A DNA stretch of 64,000 bases from the NCBI GenBank assembly GCA_963829055.1, contig CAWHHI010000009.1:1-64000 (forward strand). The letters run 5' to 3'. The notes under the pieces were generated by a model. It saw only the letters and a program-made list of their open reading frames with translations. It made no database searches and had not been told where the DNA came from. The DNA is from an uncultured Gemmatimonadaceae bacterium (GTDB lineage Bacteria > Gemmatimonadota > Gemmatimonadetes > Gemmatimonadales > Gemmatimonadaceae). Of this stretch, positions 55,673 through 64,000 are shown piece by piece. Made by a program: the position numbers and the translations under genes. Within the stretch, counting starts at the first letter, position 1. Every line of letters begins with the position of its first letter.

Positions 55673-55890
55673 CTACTCAGCGAGCGGGATGAGTATCGAG
55701 ATGCGATCCTGAGTTCCGACGCCCCGGGATATGTGCCCTTTACCGGTCAGATCCTCCAGGAGGAGGATGCGTCCAGGGTAAAGTCAAATCTTCTTGCCGT
55801 CGGAAAGTTCAATCTCTCCTCGACCGCCCAGCGTGATGACGTACTGCCTCCGCGGAGCAGTATGCCAATCCTCGAAGTAGTTCGGAGTGC
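55673..55890 (-). pseudogene. Truncated cupin-like gene cassette with internal stop
   Basis: Own translation: ...DWHTAPRRQYVITLGGRGEIELSDGKKI*LYPGRILLLEDLTGKGHISR...; TGA at 55784-55786; 5' part missing. Confidence 0.75.
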
Positions 55891-56792
55891 ATCCCGCGGA
55901 TCGCATCGCGGGCCGCGCGTACAGCATCATGCAATCGCGCCTGACCGCGGCACCGAAGGGTTACTTCGGCACCTACGACATCCCGATCGTACGCGGGCGC
56001 GATTTCGAGACGGGCGAATACTCGCATGCATCCGACGATCCCTCGCGCCCGTTGGCAGTCGATCGAGCGATCATCGGAAGCGACCTCGCGCGCCGACTGT
56101 GGGGTGACGCCAATCCATTGGGCCGGCGTCTCACGATGGCATTCTCGGAGCCATCCAACTCTCCCGCGCTGGTCGTGGTCGGTGTGGTGAACGACGCGAG
56201 CGCGACCGCGAGTCTTGGCGATCAGGTCCATGTATACGTGCCGTATTCGCCGATCAACACGGGAGTCATTGCGCGCACCGCGGGACCCGCGTTGCCCATG
56301 CTCAATGCGATGCGAAGCGTCGTGACGGCCGAAGCGCCGCAGCTGCCCATCCGCAGAGCGCAGACCATGGAGCAACGCGAAGCCGAGTCTCGTCGCAGTA
56401 TCCTGCGGACCAGCGGAGCGGTCGCGGGGGGCGGACTGCTGGCGCTGCTGTTGTCCGCGATCGGACTCTACGCGGTCGTGTCGTTGGCGGTCGGGCAGCG
56501 CACGCGAGAGATCGGGATTCGGACGGCGCTCGGTGCGCGGCGCAGTCAGGTTGTTCGGCTGTTCTTCGCGCAGGGCCTCGCTTTGAGCGCGTTAGGCATC
56601 ATGCTCGGGTTGCCGCTCAGCATGATCGTCACCCGGGTCATCGTGACGACGCTCGCCTGGCCGCTCACCAGCTCACCACTACTCGGCATTGCGATCGGGG
56701 CGCTGGTGCTCGTCGTCGCGTCGGTCGCGGCGTGGATTCCGGCGCGGCGCGCCAGCACGATCGATCCGCTTCTGGCGTTGCGGATCGAGTAA
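55887..56792 (+). pseudogene. C-terminal fragment of MacB/FtsX (ADOP-type) ABC permease
   Basis: GLYAVVS..V.QRTREIGIR.ALGA and PARRAS.IDP motifs; N-terminal part absent. Confidence 0.8.
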
Positions 56793-56860
56793 GGGCAACG
56801 GCTTCGAGGTTCGCGCGCGCGGTCTCGCGCGCCAGCCATCGCGGCCGCATGTTCGTGCGC

Positions 56861-58630
56861 ATGACAACTCGCCTTTCCTCTGCCGCCACTGTCGCGACCA
56901 TCGCGGCGCTCGCCAGTGTCCTCGGCTGTCAGAACACGCCCGACGCTGCAACGCCCGCCGCGGCCGCAGCGCCCGCTCCCGCGATCGACCGTGATCTCAT
57001 GGACGTGACGGTTCCACGGCTTCAGCAGCTCTACGCGGACAAGAAGTACACCGTCAAGCAGGTCATCCAATGGCACCTCGACCGCATCGATCGCTACAAC
57101 GGCGTCTACGGCGCGATCGAGACCGTCCTCCGCGACGAGGCACTGGCAGCGGCCGCGCGTGAAGACGCAGCGGGGGCCGGCACACACGGTCCACTGTGGG
57201 GCGTGCCGATCGTCATCAAGGCGAATACGAGCGTCAAAGGGCAGGTGACCACTGCCGGTTGGGAGGGCTTCACGCGCGCGGGTCACGAGCTCGTTGCCCC
57301 CAAAGACGCCACGATCGTCGCGAAGCTCGAGGCGGCGGGCGCGATCATCGTCGGGCTCGCGAACATGCCGGACCTCGCGAACAGCGACACGAACCGCAGC
57401 ACGTCGTTCGGCCGCACGGGCAACGCGTACGACGTGCGCTTCTCGCCCGGTGGTTCGTCTGGCGGCGTCGTGACGGCCGTGGCCACGAACATGGCGGTGT
57501 TAGGCAACGGTACCGACACGGGCAACTCCATCCGCATGCCCGCGGCGACGAGCGCGCTGGTCGGCGTGTTCCCCACGCGCGGCCTCGTCAGCACCGCGGG
57601 CATCGCGCCACTCGATTGGCTGCTGGACAACACGGGGCCGATCGCGCGCACCGCGACGGACGCCGCCATCGCGCTCGCCGTGATGGCCGGTGAGGACCCG
57701 CTCGACTCCGCCACGTTAGGTGCGCCGCCGACCGCTCAGCGCGCGCCTTACGAGTCGTACCTCCAGGCGGGTTCCCTCAAGGGCAAGCGATTCGGCGTCC
57801 CGGCGTTCGTCCTCGCGGGTGACGGTGTTCCGTTTCACGGCATTCCGGCGGCCGTGCCCGATGCGACGGCGGAGAAGATTCGTCTGGCCGCGAACATGGC
57901 GCTGCGCCCCGACACGCGCGCGATGTTCATGAAGGCGGTGAACGCACTCGAGGCCGCAGGTGCCGAGGTGATCTTCGGCGACAGCGTGCTCCCGACGAGC
58001 TTCGCGCGGGCCGCGAGCCGAGTGGCGACGTACGCGTACATGAAGGACGGTACTGATCGCTTCCTCGCGACGTTCGGTCCGCCGGAGTATCACTCAGCCG
58101 CGGACTATCTCAAGGCCGTCGGGGCGCCGCTGTTCACGTCGTCCATTGGTACCGAGGATGGCTTCCGGAACATGGGCAGCGTCCACATCGACCAGCGCCT
58201 GCTCAGCGCGGATCCGGATGCCGAGCGAAACTATCGCGCCCCGCGGCGCGCGGTGCTCGGCGAGTACGTCGCGACGCTCGATCGCCTCAAGCTCGATGGC
58301 TTCGTCTACCCGGCGATCCAGATGCCGCCGCCTGACGAGACAATGCCGCAGGACGGTGGCCTGAGCGGAGGACCGCACTCGGCCACGAGTTGGGTGAACA
58401 TGATCGGCGTTCCGGCGGTCGTCGTGCCGGCTGGCTTCTACGCGAGCGGTCTCCCGTTCGGGCTGGAGTTCTCGGCACGTCCGTGGCACGACGGCGACTT
58501 GTTAGGCATCGCCCGCGCGTGGGAGCAGGCCGGGAGCTGGCGGAAGACACCAACGCTCGTCGAGCAGGGCATGCTCGCGGTGACCCCGGCGCGCCCGTCG
58601 AGAGGCAGCAGGTCGGCGGCACGAGACTGA
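56861..58630 (+). CDS. Amidase signature family lipoprotein
   Basis: GPLWGVPIVIK, PGGSSGG and GTDTGNSIR.PA motifs. Confidence 0.92.
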   Translation: MTTRLSSAATVATIAALASVLGCQNTPDAATPAAAAAPAPAIDRDLMDVTVPRLQQLYADKKYTVKQVIQWHLDRIDRYNGVYGAIETVLRDEALAAAAREDAAGAGTHGPLWGVPIVIKANTSVKGQVTTAGWEGFTRAGHELVAPKDATIVAKLEAAGAIIVGLANMPDLANSDTNRSTSFGRTGNAYDVRFSPGGSSGGVVTAVATNMAVLGNGTDTGNSIRMPAATSALVGVFPTRGLVSTAGIAPLDWLLDNTGPIARTATDAAIALAVMAGEDPLDSATLGAPPTAQRAPYESYLQAGSLKGKRFGVPAFVLAGDGVPFHGIPAAVPDATAEKIRLAANMALRPDTRAMFMKAVNALEAAGAEVIFGDSVLPTSFARAASRVATYAYMKDGTDRFLATFGPPEYHSAADYLKAVGAPLFTSSIGTEDGFRNMGSVHIDQRLLSADPDAERNYRAPRRAVLGEYVATLDRLKLDGFVYPAIQMPPPDETMPQDGGLSGGPHSATSWVNMIGVPAVVVPAGFYASGLPFGLEFSARPWHDGDLLGIARAWEQAGSWRKTPTLVEQGMLAVTPARPSRGSRSAARD

Positions 58631-58646
58631 CCTGGCCGCGCTCGCG

Positions 58647-59156
58647 TCAACGGCGAGCGGGCAGTTGCAGGGAGTGCCCGATGCCTATGCCGTGTCGGGC
58701 GAAGAAGCCGGCGTTCACCTCGAGCGCATACTGATACGGCACGTCCGGTGTGTAGGTGGGACAACCCTCGGCGATCGTGGTCGGGCAGGGCGTCATGGTG
58801 CGGATTGCGCGGACGACGCCGGCGGAATCGAGGAACGCGATGTCGAGCGGGATCCGCGTCCGGTACATCCAGAAGCCGGCGGTGGGCGGTTGTGTGCTGT
58901 CGTAGACGAAGAGCATCCCCGCAGCGTCAGCGAGGCGGCGGCGCTCCATGAGACCCATGGACTTCTGCTCGCCGCTGATCGCGAGCTGGAGGGTCAAGGG
59001 GAGCGTGTCTCGCGGACCTGCAAGGCGCACGGTCGCGGTGTCGAACGCCATGACGTGCTCGTACGCGTCGTCATCCTTCGAAGGCTCGGCGGTGCAGCCG
59101 ACGATGGCGGCGACGACCAGCATCCAGCGCAATACGCAGGATGCGATCTTAGGCAT
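58647..59156 (-). CDS. DUF192 protein
   Basis: GLM.R..L....GMLF, FWM..T.IPLDIAF and ALEVNAG motifs. Confidence 0.9.
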   Translation of the reverse strand: MPKIASCVLRWMLVVAAIVGCTAEPSKDDDAYEHVMAFDTATVRLAGPRDTLPLTLQLAISGEQKSMGLMERRRLADAAGMLFVYDSTQPPTAGFWMYRTRIPLDIAFLDSAGVVRAIRTMTPCPTTIAEGCPTYTPDVPYQYALEVNAGFFARHGIGIGHSLQLPARR

Positions 59157-59221
59157 TGCAGCCTCGGTGCATCGCTCGGTCGATCGCCGGTTGGCCTGCC
59201 TCGCGACGGGGATTGCGATCC

Positions 59222-60220
59222 TCACCGAATCACGCGATCGGCCTGGGTGAGAAGCGCCTTCGGGAGCGAGAGTCCAAGACCACGGGCCGCACGTCGGTTG
59301 ACCGTGAGGAAATACCTCGCAGGATATCGAATCGGCAGGTCGCCTGGCTTCGCGCCTTTCAGGATCTTGTCCACGTACTCCGCCGCGATTCGGTACTGTT
59401 CTTCGAGATCGGGCGCCCAGGTCATCAGCCCACCGGCCTCGGCGAACAACGTCGCCTGATAGACCGCGGGAAGGCGGTGCGTGGCCGCGAAGTCCACGAT
59501 GACCTGCCGGCTGGCGAGCGAGAGTCCGCCCTGGAAGTTCGCCAGCCCGTTCATGCCGTCGGCGACCATGGACGCGAGCGCGGGTTGCAGCTCACTCGGC
59601 GACGTCACGCGATACACTTTCACACTCACGCCCAGTGTGGATGCCGTCTGCTCGGCGTCGGCGAGCTGTACTTCGTGCCCGCCAACTCCGGGCGTCGTCG
59701 AGAGCAGCGCGATACGGGACACGGCAGGCGCGGCCGCCTTCAGCAGCGTTAGGCGTTTCGCGGTGACGCCCGGCGGCAGCTCGTCGATGCCCGTGGCGTT
59801 GCCGCCGGGATGCTCCAGCGTGCGAGCGAAGCCGTTGCTGACCATCCCCGGGCACGTCACGATCACCATGGGCATCACGGGATTGGCCTTCCGGATCTCG
59901 AGTGCGTACGGTAGCGCTCCCGCGACGATGAAGTCGAGATCCGACCGCGCGAGCGCCGCCGCGGCTTCCGGCAGCGCCGCGGTATTCGACGCGCCCCGCT
60001 CGATGAGGCGGGTCTCGACTATCAGATTCTCTCCTGGGACGTAGCCGAGGGCGCGGAGCGCGTCGTTGAACGCGGCGACGAGTGATGGCTCGTTGCCGGT
60101 GATGAAGCCGATCCGCCGTGGCGCTCGCAGCCTAACGTGACGCGTGATCGACGTCAGCGGCAGCGCCACCCCAAGCACCGCGAGGCGGCTCACGAAAGCG
60201 CGTCGACTGTGGGTACTCAT
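59222..60220 (-). CDS. ABC transporter substrate-binding protein (ABC_sub_bind type)
   Basis: [30 protein letters not shown] and LL.QAD.VI motifs; RRAF Tat-like N-terminus. Confidence 0.9.
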   Translation of the reverse strand: MSTHSRRAFVSRLAVLGVALPLTSITRHVRLRAPRRIGFITGNEPSLVAAFNDALRALGYVPGENLIVETRLIERGASNTAALPEAAAALARSDLDFIVAGALPYALEIRKANPVMPMVIVTCPGMVSNGFARTLEHPGGNATGIDELPPGVTAKRLTLLKAAAPAVSRIALLSTTPGVGGHEVQLADAEQTASTLGVSVKVYRVTSPSELQPALASMVADGMNGLANFQGGLSLASRQVIVDFAATHRLPAVYQATLFAEAGGLMTWAPDLEEQYRIAAEYVDKILKGAKPGDLPIRYPARYFLTVNRRAARGLGLSLPKALLTQADRVIR

Positions 60221-60233
60221 GGCCGCCTCACTG

Positions 60234-63200
60234 CTACAGGGGAACTATCCCGAGCCTGATCTCCGTTCCGTCGCCCACCTTGCCCGCGATGCCATTCGGC
60301 ACGGCGGAGTAGGTGACCTCCAGCGCGAGCGTCTCGCTCCGGATCAGCGCCTCGTGCGTGCGCGCCGCCGACGCGACGTTGCTCCGGCGCATCGATGGTT
60401 AGGCGCGATCCGATCCGACACCGACGAGCCCCATGTCGCGCCGCGCCTGCTGGATCGCTCGCACGAGGTCGCGCGCGAGCCCCTCCGCCTCGAGCTCCGG
60501 CGTGACCGCCGTGTCGAGCACGACGATGCCCGAGCTCGCCCGGCAGCTCGGCCGCCGCGCCCGCGTCGCGTCGACACGAGGCGTCGCTCGTATTCGCCTT
60601 CGCGCAGCTCGATGCCGTCCGCGACCACGCGCGCCCGACGGCGACGTCGTCCAGTGGCCCGCCTTCACCGCCTTGATCACGTGCTGCACGTCCTTGCCGA
60701 GTCGCGGACCAGCGGCGCGCGCGTTGACCGTGATCTCGAACGCGCCGTGCGCGGCGACGTCGGTCGTCAGCTCGACGTCCTTCACGTTCACCTCGTCGCG
60801 GATGAGATCGACGAACTCCCGCAGCCGCTCCGCATCCGCCGCCGCGACGCGCAGCTTCGCCAGCGGCAGCCGCACGCGCAGCTTGTTCGACGTCCGCAGC
60901 GCGAGCGCCGTCGAGCACACCTGACGCACGCGGTCGATCGCGCTCGACGAGGGCCGAGTCGTTAGGCAGCGAGTCGACGAGGGGCCAGTCGGTGAGGTGC
61001 ACGGATCGCCCGCCCGTCAGCCCGCGCCAGATCGTCTCCGACGTCAGCGGCAGCGAGCGGCGCGACGACGCGGCACGTCACCTCGAGCACCGTGTGCAGC
61101 GTGTCGATCGCGTCGCGGTCGCCCGCCCAGAACCGATCGCGCGACCGGCGGACGTACCAGTTCGTCAGCGCCTCGAGGAACTCGCGCACCGTCGCGCACG
61201 CGCCCGCGAGATCGTACCGGTCCATCTGCGACTCGACGTCCGTCACCAGCTCGTTCGTCTTCGCGAGGATGTACCGATCCAGGATGTGCCGCGAGTCCGT
61301 CCGGACCGTGCCTTCCATGTTCTCCGCGTTCGCGTAGAGCGCGAGGAAGTAGTACGTGTTCCAGAGCGGCAGGAGCGCCTCGCGCACGGCATCGCGGATG
61401 CCCGTCTCGGTCACGATCAGATCGCCGCCGCGAAGGATCGGGCTCGCCATGAGGAACCACCGCATCGCGTCCGAGCCGTCGCGGTCGAACACCTCGCGCA
61501 CGTCGGGATAGTTCTTGCGCGACTTGGACATCTTCTGCCCGTCGTTGCCTAACACGATGCCGTGCGCCAGACACGTGCGGAACGCCGGCCGGTCGAAGAG
61601 CGCGGTCGCCAGCACGTGCAGCGTGTAGAACCAGCCGCGCGTCTGGCCGTTGTACTCGACGATGAAGTCGCCGGGGTAGTGGTGCTCGAACCACTCCGCG
61701 TGCTCGAACGGGAAGTGCACCTGCGCGAACGTCATCGACCCCGACTCGAACCAGCAGTCGAGCACCTCCGGCACGCGGCGCATCGTCGACTTGCCCGATC
61801 GGATCGTCCGGGTTCGGGCGCGTGAGCTCGTCGATGCCTGGACGGTGCAGGTCCGTCAGGCCTCACGCCGAAGTCGCGCTCGAGCTCGGCCAGCGAGCCG
61901 TACACGTCGACGCGCGGGATACTTCGGGTCGTCCGAGACCCACACCGGAATCGGCGAGCCCCAGTATCGGTTGCGCGAGATCGACCAGTCGCGCGCGTTC
62001 TCCAGCCACTTGCCGAACTGCCCGTCGCGGATGTGCTCGGGCACCCAGCGGATCTGCTGGTTGAGCTGCACCATGCGGTCGCGGAACTTCGTGACCGCGA
62101 CGAACCACGAGCTCACGGCGCGCTGGATGAGCGGATTGTCGCAGCGCCAGCAGTGCGGGTACGAGTGCTGATACGTGTCGTGGCGGAGCAGGGCGCCCGA
62201 CGCCCTGAGATCGCGGATGATCGTCTTGTTCGCCTCGAACACGTGCATGCCCTGGTACGGCGGGACCTGCGCGTCGAACTCGCCGCGCGAGTTCACGGGC
62301 GTGACCGGCTCGATGCCGGCGGCGTCGGTGACGACCTTGTCCTCCTCGCCGTACGCCGGCGCGATGTGCACCATCCCGGTGCCGTCCTCGGTCGTCACGT
62401 AGTCGGCCGAGCAGGATCTGGTGCGCGTTAGGCTGCTTGCCGGCGAAGAAGTCGAACGGCGGCGTGTACCGCGTGCCGACGAGCTGCTGTCCCGGTGAAT
62501 CGCGCGAGCACCGGCGGGTGCCTCGCCGAGCTCGCGCGCGTACGCGGCGACACGCGCCTCGCGCGAGCAGGTAGCGCTCGCCGTTCGGCGCCTGCACGAC
62601 GACGTACTCGACGTCCGGATGCACCGCCGCCGCGAGGTTCGACGGCAGCGTCCACGGCGTCGTCGTCCAGACGAGCGCCTCGACGCCCTGCGAGCTCGGG
62701 CTTCGGTGACGTTAGGCGCAAGCCGACCGTCACCGCCGGATCCTGACGGTCGCGGTAGACGTCGTCCATCTTCGTTTCCGTGTTGACAGCGGCGTCTCGC
62801 AGCGCCAGCAGTACCACAGCACGCGGAAGCCCTCGTAGATGAGCCCCTTGTCCCAGAGCGTCTTGAACGCCCACATGACGCTCTCCATGTAGGAGAGGTC
62901 GAGCGTCTTGTAGTCGTGGTCGAAGTCCACCCACCGTGCCTGACGAGTGACGTAGCTCTGCCAGTCGTCGGTGTAGCGCAGCACGGACGCGCGGCAGGCG
63001 TCGTTGAACTTCGCGACGCCCATCGCCTCGATCTCGTTCTTGTGCGCAGATGCCTAGCTGCTTCTCGGCTTCGAACTCCGCGGGCAGGCCGTGGCAGTCC
63101 CAGCCGAAGCGACGCTCGACGCGTCTGCCCTCGCATCGTCTGGTAGCGCGGGACGACGTCCTTGACGTAGCCGGTCAGCAGGTGGCCGTAGTGCGGGAGG

Positions 63201-63409
63201 CCGTTGGCGAACGGCGGGCCGTCGTAGAAGACGAACTCGTTCGCGCCGTGCACGCCGGCGTCGCGCGCCTCGACGCTCGCCTCGAAGGTCTCGTCGCGCT
63301 GCCAGTACGCGAGGACGTCCGCTTCGAGCGCTGGGAAGGATGGTCGCGATGGAACGGCGTCGTTGTCGTGCGCTCGCCGACGCGAGCCTTCGGGTATGGC
63401 ACCGGCCAT
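60234..63409 (-). CDS. ileS: Isoleucyl-tRNA synthetase, type 2 (many frameshifts)
   Basis: [51 protein letters not shown] and KMSKS motifs. Confidence 0.95.
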
Positions 63410-63640
63410 CTCCTCGTTATGCGCTTTCGTCGCTCGGCGAACCGTTACGCTCGAGGCTCGCATACGGGGACGACGCGTGCGGCTCGATCGCACGCTCCGC
63501 GGTACCACCCCGCTTGCCCGCGTCCCATGACAGGACGCGCGAGCCACTCACGCGCGGCTATGCGGGCCGCACCCGACCGGGTCTACTAGGGTTCGACAGC
63601 ACCCGTTCTTCCGGTTGGCTCCCCGGTGATGGCCGGATCA
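63410..63640 (-). ncRNA. Translational T-box riboswitch (Ile, ultrashort stem I)
   Basis: Minus strand GATCCGGCC-ATC-ACCGGGGAGC stem I, GAAGAAC..AGTAGA stem II, AAGCGGGGTGGTACCGCG T-box, CGTCGTCCCCG, and an anti-SD helix. Confidence 0.92.
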
Positions 63641-64000
63641 ACACTTGGCTCAAGATAGCCGCGACTATTTTACTTAGGCAACAGCCGTCGAGTCCGTCGT
63701 TTGTCGAAATCTCGGCGTAGGCACAACGCGTGCGGGCGACACGCGCGCGGCGATGGTCGGAACCGCACCTAACGACAGTCATAAACAGACCTATCGGTCC
63801 AGCACAATTGCCCTGACGTCGCGCTGGCACTACGTGACGCCGCTAGCTACGGTTGGGTTACAGCGTGCACATTGCTCTTTGACGTTCACTGAGAAGCACC
63901 GCAGGAAGCCCTTTACGCCTTCTGTGGTGCTCACTAGCGTGTCTAGACCCGAGATGGACTGATATCGGTGCCAGCATCTCCCGCCAAGTCCCGCCGTCGT

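Noticed and set aside
55784..55786. In-frame TGA as selenocysteine or recoding
   Set aside because: The gene is also 5'-truncated, the position is not a plausible Cys site, and TGA is a normal stop elsewhere in the window
1383..62717. GCCTAAC/GTTAGGC copies as a large attC array
   Set aside because: Most copies lie inside genes without paired L boxes; only 55616-55663 has full attC structure
60234..63409. ileS, ppc and others as true pseudogenes or programmed frameshifts
   Set aside because: Indels are scattered through many unrelated genes, including a normally essential one, with motifs intact and no slippery-site pattern; sequencing error is the simpler explanation
63650..64000. Lower-GC tail as an RNA gene or island boundary
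   Set aside because: No recognisable tRNA, ORF or att structure, and it is cut by the window edge

Overview
High-GC (roughly 68-70%) bacterial chromosomal region. The gene repertoire (SusC/SusD-like pair, Ser/Thr kinase-TPR, VPS10-like hydrolase, TolB-amidohydrolase, ADOP-type permease fragment) suggests Gemmatimonadota; this is inference. The window holds about 50 genes, mostly accessory hydrolases, transporters and small enzymes, plus ppc, a VapBC pair and ileS. Many genes, including ileS and ppc, carry small frameshifts, most likely uncorrected long-read indels. Main non-standard signals: (1) a dispersed element with arms of five 17-bp units (ACGGCGCGAAATCCCGA) plus fixed end motifs, present as an inverted pair around what looks like an internally deleted four-helix-bundle gene, as an empty inverted pair, and as a solo arm; (2) the octamer CGTTAGGC/GCCTAACG at about one copy per kb, mostly inside genes and in both orientations; (3) an actinobacterial-type translational T-box riboswitch in front of a type-2 ileS; (4) an orphan integron attC site behind a decayed cupin cassette; (5) an orphan RNase-A-like toxin-type ORF; (6) a second REP-like palindrome family.
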